NCBI GenBank assembly: GCA_021786815.1
Contig: JAJYMR010000107.1
Coordinates: forward strand, 1 to 39,088
From: Deltaproteobacteria bacterium
Lineage (GTDB): Bacteria; Desulfobacterota; Binatia; Binatales; Binataceae
Direction: 5' to 3'
Length of the DNA: 39,088 bases
Under the pieces are notes generated by a model. It did not search any database. It had not been told where the DNA came from and worked only from the letters and a program-made list of their open reading frames with translations. The translations under genes were made by a program, and so were the position numbers. Shown here in pieces: positions 7,969 to 16,745 of this stretch. Within the stretch, counting starts at the first letter, position 1; every line of letters starts with the position of its first letter.

Positions 7969-8887
7969 CCGGGCGGGCACGCTCCCGGAGACGCTGCGAA
8001 GCGTCTTTGCGCTGAGCCTGCCGGCCGGATGGGACGCCGAATGCGTCGTCATCGACAACGCCTCGACCGATTCGACGCCGGCCGTCTTCGAGTCGCTCGC
8101 GCGCTCGGCGCCGTTTCCCGCTCGCCGTGTGCTCGAGCCGCGGCTCGGTGAAAGCTTTGCCCGCAACCGCGCGATAGACGAGGCCCGCGGCGACCTGCTC
8201 CTGTTCATCGACGACGACGCGGTCGCCGAATTCGGATGGGCGAGCGCGCTGGTTGACGAAATCGAGCGCCGCGGCCTGGACGCGGTGTGCGGGGCGGTGA
8301 TCGCGCGATGGATGAACGAACCGCCGCGATGGCTCGGGCCCAGACTTTACGCGAAGCTCGCGGTCCATGACCCCGGCGCGCTCGCGCAAGACCCGCGCGG
8401 CGGTTCGCTCGAGACGCTGAGCAATTATTTCGGCGCCAACATGGCTTTCAGGCGTTCCACCTTCGAGCGCTTTGGACGCTTCCGCGAAGATCTCGGCGTG
8501 ATCGGCGGCAATGCGATTTCGGGTGCCGACACCGATTTCTTCGCACGGATTATCGCGCGCGGAGGACGCGTGGGATTCGCGCCCGGCGCGCTCGTCCATC
8601 ACATCGTCGGGGCGGAACGGATGCGCCGCGGCTATCTTCTGAAGAAGAGCTTCGCCTACGGAGTCGGCAGCGCCTTTGCCGGCGGACGCAGCCACAACCG
8701 GCTCGACAAGCTTGCGAAGAACGTGGCCAGGATGGCTGGGGCGGCGCTTCGCGGCGACGCGGAAGGCGCGATGTATCACGGATGCGAATGCGCGAACTTC
8801 TTCGGCTACTGGCGCGGACGGCTCCTGCTGGCGGGCAGGAGCAGGGAGGCGTCACTCGACCAGGTAGGCAAGCAGGCCGCGCCGTAA
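7943..8887 (+). CDS. Family 2 glycosyltransferase (start unresolved; canonical-start version is 8129..8887)
   Basis: The frame translates LTIAIPTHNRAGTLPETLRSVF...VVIDNASTDST...LLFIDDDAV, a typical GT2 N-terminus plus DxD. The frame is open from 7841 but has no ATG/GTG/TTG before 8129. Confidence 0.6.
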   Translation, partial: LTIAIPTHNRAGTLPETLRSVFALSLPAGWDAECVVIDNASTDSTPAVFESLARSAPFPARRVLEPRLGESFARNRAIDEARGDLLLFIDDDAVAEFGWASALVDEIERRGLDAVCGAVIARWMNEPPRWLGPRLYAKLAVHDPGALAQDPRGGSLETLSNYFGANMAFRRSTFERFGRFREDLGVIGGNAISGADTDFFARIIARGGRVGFAPGALVHHIVGAERMRRGYLLKKSFAYGVGSAFAGGRSHNRLDKLAKNVARMAGAALRGDAEGAMYHGCECANFFGYWRGRLLLAGRSREASLDQVGKQAAP

Positions 8888-9268
8888 CACGCCTTCCAGG
8901 TAGGGAATCAATTCCAGTCCGTTAAGTTCCGCCGGCGTGACCCATCGGGCGTCGATATGTTCGTCCTCGCGCAGTCGCACGTCGGGTCCGGCCTTCGCCG
9001 AGCGCCTGCACGCGTAAAGAGCCTGAACGTACGGACCTGAAGTCTTATGGATTCCGAGCAGGCGTTCGATTTCGACGCTGAGCCCGGTCTCTTCGTGGAC
9101 TTCGCGAAGCAGGCATTCCTCCATCGCCTCGTGGGCGGCGAGATGGCCTCCCGGCAGGTCCCAGATACCGGGGCAATAGCGCATCTCGGGCGCGCGCTTC
9201 AGCACCAGGAGCCGTCCGCACTCGGCGATCACGCCATGAACGCCCACCCAGAATTGATCTTCAGCCAT
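8852..9268 (-). CDS. NUDIX hydrolase
   Basis: Nudix box GGHLAAHEAMEECLLREVHEETGL. Start taken at MAEDQFWVGVHGV; the track start at 9397 adds an unlikely Arg/Ala-rich leader. Confidence 0.8.
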   Translation of the reverse strand: MAEDQFWVGVHGVIAECGRLLVLKRAPEMRYCPGIWDLPGGHLAAHEAMEECLLREVHEETGLSVEIERLLGIHKTSGPYVQALYACRRSAKAGPDVRLREDEHIDARWVTPAELNGLELIPYLEGVLRRGLLAYLVE

Positions 9269-9418
9269 CGAATAAAACTTAACCGCCCCACGCGCGACTT
9301 CAAGGCCGGCTGCCAGACGTTGAAGACGCGAAGTTAGGGCTCCGTGGGTACGATTCTTCGCCGCGCACGGCTTCGTATCGAGCACGCGGGCGGACAAAAT
9401 CGCGTCCGCGCGCCGCAG

Positions 9419-11011
9419 TCATTTCGCGCGGTGCTTACGCCGCGATGGCGCGCGGCCCCATCCGCCGCCGCCCGGCGTTTCGACCCGGATTCTCTCGCCG
9501 GGCTTGAGCGTGAGATTGGTCTTTCCGGGAAGTTTCGTCGCAACGCCCGCGCGCACCAGGTAATTCGCGCCCGCGGCTCCGTCGCCGCCCTGCGCGAGTC
9601 CCCATGGCCGCAGCGTTCTGCGCTCGCTAAGCAGGCTTACGTTCGATTCGGCAAGACATTCCAGTTCGCGCACCAGTCCGTCGCCGCCCGGCGCAAGTCC
9701 TCTGCCGCCCGAGCCGCGCCGCACGCGATATTCGGTCACCCGCATCGGGTAGTACGCTTCGAGCGCCTCGATCGGCGTGTTGAGCGTATTCGTCATGTGG
9801 GTATGGATTCCCGAAGCACCCGGATGGCCCGGCGCAGCGCCCGCGCCTCCCGCAATCGTTTCGTAGTACGAGAAATGGCGCCGCCGGATTGAATCGAAAC
9901 CTCCCACCGTCAGATTCGACATCGAACCTGAACTCGCCGCGGGAACCCGCTCGGGCGCGGCTTTCGAGAGCGCGCGAAACAGCACGTCAACGATTCTTTG
10001 CGAAGTCTCGACGTTTCCGCCCGCGACCGCGGCCGGCGCCGTTGCGTTGACGATCGTTTCCTCGGGAGCGATAACGCTGACGGGGCGCATCAGGCCTTCG
10101 TTGGCGGGAACCGCCTCGGCGGCGAGACACTTCATCACATAGAAGGTGGCCGAAAGCGTGATCGCATAGTTCGCGTTGACGTTTCCGCGCACCTGCGGCG
10201 ACGAGCCAGTGAAATCGACGGTCGCGCGCCCGCGCGCGAGTTTCACCCGGACCCGGATCGGGATACGCGAGGCGCCGAAACCGTCGTCGTCGAGGAAATC
10301 CTCGGCGGCGTAAGTCCCCGGGCGAAGCCGGGCGAGTTCCGCGCTCATCAACCGCGCCGCGTAGTCCTTGAGCGCCTCCATCGCAAGCGCGATTCGCCCG
10401 CGCCCTGCGGACGCGGCCATCTCACGCATCCGCTCGGCTCCGACCGAGAGCGCCCCGAGTTGCGCACGCAAGTCGCCCTCGCGCTCCTCGCTAACGCGCG
10501 TGTTTGCCAGGAACAGCGCAAGCACGTCGCGCGCGAGCTCTCCGCGCTCGACGATCTTGACCGGCGGCATCCGGAATCCTTCCTGGTAGATCTCAGTGGC
10601 AAGCGCCATCGAGCCGGGCGCCATCCCGCCGATATCCGCGTGATGCGCCCGGTTGGCGACGAACGCGAATGGGCGGCGCCGATCGCCGATGAAGACGGGT
10701 GCGACCAGCGTAAGGTCGGGCAGATGCGTTCCGCCGGCGAACGGATCGTTGACTGCGGCGACGTCGCCCGGGCGAAGCTCTAGGCGCTCAAGCGCGGCCC
10801 GCACCGAAAGCGGCGTCGAGCCGAGATGGACCGGGATATGCGCTGCCTGAGCGACCAGCTCGCCCTTTGCGTCGAACAGCGCGCACGAAAAGTCGTGCCG
10901 CTCCTTGATATTCGGCGAATAGGCGGTCTGGCCGAGAACCACGCCCATCTCCTCGGCGATCGCCGCAAGGCGGCTGTTCATCACCGCGAGCGCCACCGGG
11001 TCGAGCTTCAC
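9419..11011 (-). CDS. hyuB: Hydantoinase B / oxoprolinase family protein (HyuB-type subunit)
   Basis: N-terminus MKLDPVALAVMNSRLAAIAEEMG...SPNIKERHDFSCALFD is characteristic of the Hydantoinase_B family. 530 aa; the ATG overlaps the hyuA stop (ATGA). Confidence 0.85.
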   Translation of the reverse strand: MKLDPVALAVMNSRLAAIAEEMGVVLGQTAYSPNIKERHDFSCALFDAKGELVAQAAHIPVHLGSTPLSVRAALERLELRPGDVAAVNDPFAGGTHLPDLTLVAPVFIGDRRRPFAFVANRAHHADIGGMAPGSMALATEIYQEGFRMPPVKIVERGELARDVLALFLANTRVSEEREGDLRAQLGALSVGAERMREMAASAGRGRIALAMEALKDYAARLMSAELARLRPGTYAAEDFLDDDGFGASRIPIRVRVKLARGRATVDFTGSSPQVRGNVNANYAITLSATFYVMKCLAAEAVPANEGLMRPVSVIAPEETIVNATAPAAVAGGNVETSQRIVDVLFRALSKAAPERVPAASSGSMSNLTVGGFDSIRRRHFSYYETIAGGAGAAPGHPGASGIHTHMTNTLNTPIEALEAYYPMRVTEYRVRRGSGGRGLAPGGDGLVRELECLAESNVSLLSERRTLRPWGLAQGGDGAAGANYLVRAGVATKLPGKTNLTLKPGERIRVETPGGGGWGRAPSRRKHRAK

Positions 11012-13014
11012 GCCGAGACCTCCAGGTGCAGGTTTCCGAACTCGTCCACGCGCATCGTGAACTCGGGCGCGACGTAGGTTGTCGAGCTGAGTTCGACGAC
11101 GATAAACGGCCCGCGAAGACGCATGCCGGCCGCGAGATGTTCTCGTGAATAGACTTCGATCGTTCGCCGGCGTTCGCCAACGAGCGTTTCGATCTTTGTA
11201 ACCGCAACCAGCTTGCGGCGCGCCGGCGCGAGTGGCTGCGGCTTTACGGGAGCGCCCGCACCGCGCGAGCGCACGCGGATGTTCACGATCTCGACTGCGG
11301 CCTCGGGCGCGGCGTGGCCGAAGGTGCGCCGATGCATTTCGTGAAACTGCTCGACGAAGCCGTCCGTCACCGGCACCTCGATTTCGTATGACTGGCCGCG
11401 ATAGCGCATGTCGGCGAAGACTTCGTGCGTGATGTCGGCCGCGCGGACGCCCTCGCCCGCAAGTTCCGCGCGCGCCCGCTCGATAAGCGGCCGCGCCCGG
11501 CGTATCACGCGCGCAAATCCGGGCTCGCTATCGATCGCGGTCAGCGAATATTCGCGCCCAAGCGGCGCGCCGAGCGCGCCCCACGCGCACAAGAGACCCG
11601 GATTGCGCGGCATCACGACGTGCCTTATCCCGAGGTCCATCGCGAGTTCGCACGCGTGCATCGGACCCGCGCCTCCGAACGCAAGCATCGAGAAATCGCG
11701 CGGGTCGAAGCCGCGCTCGACCGTGATCACCCGGATGGCGCGCTCCATGTTGGCATTGACCACGCGAATCACGCCGCGCGCGGCGGCGAGCGGATCGGTT
11801 TTCATCGCGCGCGCAAGCTCGCCTATCGCACGGTCGGCGCGCTCCGGAAACAGCGCCATCCTTCCGCCGAGGAAGCTTTGTGCGACCAGCCGACCCGCGA
11901 CAAGGTCGGCGTCGGTCACGGTGGGTGCGACGCCGCGCCCGTAGCAGGCCGGTCCCGGATTCGCGCCCGCGCTTTCCGGACCAACGCGCAGCGAGCCGCC
12001 CGCGTCGAGCCGCGCGAGCGAGCCTCCGCCCGCGCCCACCGTGTGGATATCCACGACCGGAGTCCGCACCGCGTAGCCGTTTGGGTAGCTCAGCGTGCGG
12101 ATTCGCGCGCGGCGGTCGAAAAGCGACACGTCGGTTGAGGTGCCGCCCATGTCGAAAGTGATGAAACGATCGGTGCCGAGCGATTTCGCCATCGCAGCCG
12201 CGCCGATTACGCCCGCCGCGGGTCCCGACAGGATGGTGCGCACCGGCTCGGCGCGCGCAAGCTCAACCCCGACCGCCTGCCCGTTGGACTGCATCACGCG
12301 AAGCCGCGTGCGAGCGAGCTTGCGCCGCAGGTTCTCCAGATGCGAGGCCATCGTGGGCGCGACGTACGCGTTGACGACGGCGGTCGAAAGCCGCTCGTAC
12401 TCGCGGTACTCGGAAAGAATCCGATGGGACACCGAAACCGGCTTGCCGAGCGGCTCGAGCGCGCGGGCGATCGCGTCCTCGGCGGACGGATTCGCGTACG
12501 AATGAAGCAGGCATACGGCGAAAGCGTCAGCCCGGCTTCGCCGCGCGGCGGCGACGATTCGCGAAAGCTCGGCGCGCGAGAGCGGTTTCAGCTCGGAGCC
12601 GTCGAAAAGCGTGCGCTCTGCGACCCCGTGGCGCATCGCGCGCGTGACAAGCGGCGCGGGACGCGAGGGCGAAAGCGCGTAAAGATCGGTTCGGTTCTGG
12701 CGGCCGATTTCGATCAAATCCTCGAAGCCGGCGTTGGTGAAGAGCGCGACGCGCGCGCCCTTGCCTTCGAGCAGGGCGTTGGTCGCGACCGTCGAACTGT
12801 AGGTGAGGAGCTCGGGAGCGGCGTCGCCCAGCATCTCGGCGAGTCCCGTCATCACCGCGCGCGCCGGATCGTCGGGCGTGGACGGGACCTTGTGCACCAG
12901 CAACTGCCCGTCTGCTATCGCGACGAGGTCGGTGAAGGTGCCGCCGGTGTCGATGCCCGCGAGGATTACCGGGCGAGCTGCGGCGCGCGTGTGTTTCAAG
13001 CGTCGCGCGCTCAC
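11008..13014 (-). CDS. hyuA: Hydantoinase A / oxoprolinase family protein (HyuA-type subunit)
   Basis: AGIDTGGTFTDLVAI actin-like ATPase motif at the N-terminus, about 668 aa. GTG start at 13014 overlaps the ADH TGA stop (GTGA). The 936-aa track ORF extension was rejected. Confidence 0.85.
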   Translation of the reverse strand: MSARRLKHTRAAARPVILAGIDTGGTFTDLVAIADGQLLVHKVPSTPDDPARAVMTGLAEMLGDAAPELLTYSSTVATNALLEGKGARVALFTNAGFEDLIEIGRQNRTDLYALSPSRPAPLVTRAMRHGVAERTLFDGSELKPLSRAELSRIVAAARRSRADAFAVCLLHSYANPSAEDAIARALEPLGKPVSVSHRILSEYREYERLSTAVVNAYVAPTMASHLENLRRKLARTRLRVMQSNGQAVGVELARAEPVRTILSGPAAGVIGAAAMAKSLGTDRFITFDMGGTSTDVSLFDRRARIRTLSYPNGYAVRTPVVDIHTVGAGGGSLARLDAGGSLRVGPESAGANPGPACYGRGVAPTVTDADLVAGRLVAQSFLGGRMALFPERADRAIGELARAMKTDPLAAARGVIRVVNANMERAIRVITVERGFDPRDFSMLAFGGAGPMHACELAMDLGIRHVVMPRNPGLLCAWGALGAPLGREYSLTAIDSEPGFARVIRRARPLIERARAELAGEGVRAADITHEVFADMRYRGQSYEIEVPVTDGFVEQFHEMHRRTFGHAAPEAAVEIVNIRVRSRGAGAPVKPQPLAPARRKLVAVTKIETLVGERRRTIEVYSREHLAAGMRLRGPFIVVELSSTTYVAPEFTMRVDEFGNLHLEVSA

Positions 13015-13994
13015 GAGATTTTCAACAGGATCTTGAAATTCGGCGCCTTGCCCGCCGCTTCGAAAGCCGCACGGCCGTCGTCGAGCGGAAAGACATCCGA
13101 GACAAGCGGGCGCGGGTCGACCCTGCCTGCGGCGAGCGCGTCGAGCGCGGGACCCATCCGGCCGCATCGCGAGCCCAGCATCGTCACCTCGTTCACTACT
13201 GCAGGCGCGAGGTTGAGGTTCGCGCCGTCTGCCGCAGTGCTCTTGAGCACCACGGTTCCGCGCGGGCGGACCATTTCGAGCGCGCGCGAAAGGCCCGCGC
13301 TCGTGCCCGTGCAATCCACCACCACGTCGTAACCGCCCGTGAGTTCGCTTTCGGGCCGCGCCGTAAGACCAAGCGCCGACAGGGCCGCAAGCTTCCCGCG
13401 ATAGTGCCCCGCGACGACCACGTCGTAGTCCTCCGCCGCCATCACCATCGCGACGATAGCACCGAGCCGCCCGTCGCCGAGGACGAGAATCCGATGGTTT
13501 CGCGGGATGGCCTTCTGCTCGAGGATTTCGTACGCGGCGGCGACAGGCTCGGTGAAGACGGCAAGCTCGTCCGGAACCGCCTCGGGCACCGGATGAAGAT
13601 TTTCGTCGGGAAGCGCGAGCAGGTCGGCGAATGCTCCGTCGCGGCCCAGGATTCCAAGCACGGTGCGATTCGGGCAATGGCGTCCGAGGCCCTGCGCGCA
13701 GAACCTGCATCGCCGGCACGCGGCGTTGATTCCGCCCACCACGCGGCGCCCGAGCAGGTCGCGGTTTTCGCTCTCGACGACCCGGCCTACGAACTCGTGC
13801 CCGAGCACGCCACGCCAAGCCATGTAACCGCGGGTCAGTTCGAGGTCGGTGCCGCAGATGCCCGCGGTCAGGACCTTTACGATACTCTCGCCCGCGGTTC
13901 GCTTTGGTTCCGGATAGTCGCGCCTTAGCGCCAGGCCGTTGTCGAACACGATCGCACGCACGTAAGGCTCTCCCAGAAAGACGGGGCGCGGCAC
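13011..13994 (-). CDS. Zinc-dependent medium-chain alcohol dehydrogenase family protein
   Basis: GICGTDLE...GHEFVG catalytic-zinc motifs, the structural-zinc cluster CRRCRFCAQGLGRHC, and an LVLGDGRLG Rossmann motif. Confidence 0.85.
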   Translation of the reverse strand: MPRPVFLGEPYVRAIVFDNGLALRRDYPEPKRTAGESIVKVLTAGICGTDLELTRGYMAWRGVLGHEFVGRVVESENRDLLGRRVVGGINAACRRCRFCAQGLGRHCPNRTVLGILGRDGAFADLLALPDENLHPVPEAVPDELAVFTEPVAAAYEILEQKAIPRNHRILVLGDGRLGAIVAMVMAAEDYDVVVAGHYRGKLAALSALGLTARPESELTGGYDVVVDCTGTSAGLSRALEMVRPRGTVVLKSTAADGANLNLAPAVVNEVTMLGSRCGRMGPALDALAAGRVDPRPLVSDVFPLDDGRAAFEAAGKAPNFKILLKIS

Positions 13995-14040
13995 GCTGCC
14001 GTGAAGCTTCGCGCCCGCGGTCTCAGAGCGATGGGTAATT

Positions 14041-14078
14041 GAAACAGAAAAGCCGCGGGGCAGGCTACCCCGCGGCCT
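14041..14078 (-). terminator. Rho-independent terminator downstream of fmdB
   Basis: Perfect 9-bp GC stem GCCGCGGGG/CCCCGCGGC (14052-14060 / 14068-14076) with a 7-nt loop, followed on the minus strand by TTTTCTGTTTC. Confidence 0.7.
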
Positions 14079-14099
14079 TAAATAGCGCTCAGGCCGAAA

Positions 14100-14423
14100 T
14101 CAGTCAGCAGGCGATTTTGACGAGGATTTTTCCGAACCGGAAGATTTATCCGAACCCGAGGACGCCGAGCTTGTGCTCGATTCCGACGAACTGCCGCTCG
14201 TTGAGCCGTCGGTTGACGATGACGAGGACGAGGAAGCGCCACTGCCCTTGCGCCCGTAGTCGGTCGCGTACCATCCGCTGCCCTTCAGAATAAAGGAGCT
14301 CGCGGACAGGAGCCGTTCGACCTTGCCCTTGCACGTCGGGCAGCGGCGAACAGGGTCTTCGGTGATACGCTGGGTTACTTCAAAAACCCCGCATTTGTTG
14401 CACTTGTACTCGTAAATAGGCAT
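14100..14423 (-). CDS. FmdB family zinc-ribbon protein with a long Ser-rich tail
   Basis: [12 protein letters not shown]...CPTCKG (CxxC...CxxC), then the GSGWYATDY motif typical of the family, then a Ser-rich C-terminus of about 48 aa. Confidence 0.85.
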   Translation of the reverse strand: MPIYEYKCNKCGVFEVTQRITEDPVRRCPTCKGKVERLLSASSFILKGSGWYATDYGRKGSGASSSSSSSTDGSTSGSSSESSTSSASSGSDKSSGSEKSSSKSPAD

Positions 14424-14523
14424 GACAGAAAGCTTCCGAACAGGATCAGGACATCCACTTTGTACGTAACCAGCGCTTGCCAGGTTGTCAATTGGACGTC
14501 GTTGCTTCGATATTTATTCGCCC

Positions 14524-14877
14524 TTACGCGGCTTGATTCCGCGATGGCCCGGCTGCGAGCAGCCTTTGCGCGATGCGGCGGGCATCCGAGGCCTCAATTC
14601 TCACCACTTTATGTCGCGCGCCCGTACCCTGAACGATAGTGACCGCAGCCCGCGTAACTCCCGCGAGCGTCGCGATGAATTCGACCAACTCCTGATTAGC
14701 TTTGCCCTTTTCGGCGGGCGAGCCAAGGCCGATTACGAGTCCATGCTCGCCGACACGCAGGATGCCGCGCCGCGGCGAACCGGGCCGCGCCGCGACCTCG
14801 ACGGTGACGAAGCCGTCCGCGGTTCTTAGCCATTGCGGCAGCGAATCGCGGCCATCAGGGGGCCGATCGCGGTTCAT
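14524..14877 (-). CDS. yggU: DUF167 (YggU) family protein
   Basis: The ...AEKGKANQELVEFIA...V.IV.G...R.K.V.I pattern is typical of DUF167. 4-nt overlap with yggT. Confidence 0.75.
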   Translation of the reverse strand: MNRDRPPDGRDSLPQWLRTADGFVTVEVAARPGSPRRGILRVGEHGLVIGLGSPAEKGKANQELVEFIATLAGVTRAAVTIVQGTGARHKVVRIEASDARRIAQRLLAAGPSRNQAA

Positions 14878-15176
14878 GCGAAACCGAGGATAAGCGCCCG
14901 GGTCGCAGTCGGTATCAGGTAAACCTGAAAGAATTGAATTGCGAAGATGACGACGAGAGGCGAGAAATCAATTCCGCCGAAGAAAACGGGAAGCCGCTCG
15001 CGTATCCAGTCAAAGACCGGCTCGGTGACCGAATAGATGAACCGAACGATAGGATTGTACGGGTTCGGTTCGACCCAACTGAGCACGGCGGAGACGATCA
15101 CGACCCAAAAATAGATCGTGAGAATCTGCTGAAGGACCTGCGCAATGAAAAGGATCAGATTAGTCCACGCGTACAC
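14874..15176 (-). CDS. yggT: YggT family membrane protein
   Basis: 100-aa two-TM protein with a YggT-like sequence (ILTIYFWVVIVSAVLSW...NPY.PIVRFIYSVTEP) in the conserved position after proC/yggS. Confidence 0.8.
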   Translation of the reverse strand: MYAWTNLILFIAQVLQQILTIYFWVVIVSAVLSWVEPNPYNPIVRFIYSVTEPVFDWIRERLPVFFGGIDFSPLVVIFAIQFFQVYLIPTATRALILGFA

Positions 15177-15190
15177 GATACAATTTACCG

Positions 15191-16045
15191 CTAATAACTC
15201 CGGCCGAGTTCCCTTGAGCGCTCCGCAGCGGCTTTAACCGCGTTCGCTACGATATCAGAGAAATTTGCTGCGGCGAACCGCTTGAGCGCCGCCTCCGTCG
15301 TTCCGCCGGGCGAGGCGACCATCCGGATCAGCTCATCGGGACCGAGCCTCGATATCCTCATATTATACTCCGCGCCCTCGACCGTTTTCAGCGCCATCCG
15401 AAGCGCGAGTTCCTGCGGCAATCCCAGGCTCGTGGCCGCGTCGGCCATCGCCTTGACGAACAGATAAACATAGGCCGGGCCGCTTCCGGAAAGCGCGGTC
15501 ACAACGTCGAGTAGCGCCTCGTCCTCGAGCGCGACCGCGTCGCCAACCGCGCGGAAGAGCCTGAGCGCGAACGCCCTGTCTGCCTTTGACGCGCCGCTCG
15601 CGCCGACTATCGCGGCCATCCCGCGTCCCACCATCGCCGGCGCATTCGGCATCACGCGGACGATTCTCGCGCGGGGTCCGAGCGCTCGCTCGAGGCGCGA
15701 GAGCGTGATTCCGGCCGCTATCGAGATGAAAAGCCTGTCCTTTTGGGCGATACGCTTTTCGCCTGCGCGCGTGGCGCCACCCTCCGCAATCGCCGAAGCG
15801 ATCTCGTTCAGCACCGCGTCAATCTGCTGAGGCTTGACGGCGAGCACGAGCGCGCGCGCCTTGGCGAGCACTTCGAGATTGTCGGCAGTGGTCGCGATCT
15901 TGAGCGCGCGGGCGAGCTTGCGCCGGCGCTCGGGCACGACGTCGGAGACGATCAGTTCCGACGCCTTGAAAAGCTTCTTTGCGAGCAGGCCGCGGAGCAG
16001 CGCCTCGGCCATGTTGCCGCCACCGATGAACCCGAGCTTCATCAT
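15191..16045 (-). CDS. proC: Pyrroline-5-carboxylate reductase
   Basis: MKLGFIGGGNMAEAL Rossmann N-terminus and a C-terminal SPGGTT motif. The ATGA overlaps the yggS stop. Confidence 0.9.
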   Translation of the reverse strand: MMKLGFIGGGNMAEALLRGLLAKKLFKASELIVSDVVPERRRKLARALKIATTADNLEVLAKARALVLAVKPQQIDAVLNEIASAIAEGGATRAGEKRIAQKDRLFISIAAGITLSRLERALGPRARIVRVMPNAPAMVGRGMAAIVGASGASKADRAFALRLFRAVGDAVALEDEALLDVVTALSGSGPAYVYLFVKAMADAATSLGLPQELALRMALKTVEGAEYNMRISRLGPDELIRMVASPGGTTEAALKRFAAANFSDIVANAVKAAAERSRELGRSY

Positions 16046-16728
16046 TTGACGCGCTCGCCGAACACGGCCCGTCCGATTCTGACCATCGTTGCACCTTCCT
16101 CAACAGCCACTTCGAAGTCGTCCGTCATGCCCATCGAAAGTTCGCTTAGCGCAAGCCCGGATGCCGCGGCAACACGGCCGCGCAATTCGCGCAGTTGGAT
16201 GAAATATCGCCGCGCCTCGTCCGCCCGGCCCGGCGGCGGAATCGTCATCAGGCCTCGCAATTCGACTTCGGCGCGCACCGCCTCGACCAGCCGTTCGACC
16301 TCGTCGGCGCGCACACCGGCCTTGGTCGTTTCAGCGCCGAGGTTCACTTCGATAAGGGCGGGAATCGGCGGCGAAGGACGCGCTTTTGCAAGCGCGTTCG
16401 CCAGGCGCTCGGAATCGACAGTCTGAATAAGGTCGAAAGTTCTCGCCGCGAGCGCCGCCTTGTTGGTCTGCAGATGCCCGATCAGATGCCATGTCACGCC
16501 CGGGAGATCGCCCAGCTCCGCGCGTTTGTGAACCGCCTCCTGCACATAATTTTCGCCGAAATCGCGCGCTCCGGCGAGGTAGGCGGCGCGGAGCGCTTCG
16601 GCGGGCTGCGTCTTGGAGGCGAGCACCAGCCGAACGCTTCCGGGCGCGCGTCCGGACCTGCGCTCTGATGCCGCGATCCGCTCGCGTACCGACTGAAGCC
16701 GCGCTGCGATCTCCTGTTTGGTGAGCAT
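16042..16728 (-). CDS. yggS: YggS family pyridoxal-phosphate homeostasis protein
   Basis: LVLASKTQP...GENYVQE...WHLIGHLQTNK...LSMGMT.D are hallmark YggS/PROSC motifs; 228 aa. Confidence 0.9.
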   Translation of the reverse strand: MLTKQEIAARLQSVRERIAASERRSGRAPGSVRLVLASKTQPAEALRAAYLAGARDFGENYVQEAVHKRAELGDLPGVTWHLIGHLQTNKAALAARTFDLIQTVDSERLANALAKARPSPPIPALIEVNLGAETTKAGVRADEVERLVEAVRAEVELRGLMTIPPPGRADEARRYFIQLRELRGRVAAASGLALSELSMGMTDDFEVAVEEGATMVRIGRAVFGERVK

Positions 16729-16745
16729 CGCGGACGCTCGCCTTC

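Noticed and set aside
8852-8887. 36-nt overlap of the convergent 3' ends of the GT2 and NUDIX genes
   Set aside because: Both C-termini are poorly conserved tails. Convergent overlaps of this size occur in compact genomes, and there is no evidence of a regulatory role.
13015-13818. N-terminal extension of the 936-aa ORF (11008..13818, minus) upstream of hyuA
   Set aside because: The extension is Arg/Pro/Gly-rich nonsense that overlaps the well-supported ADH gene in another frame. The HyuA homology begins at AGIDTGGTFTDL, just after a GTG that overlaps the ADH stop.
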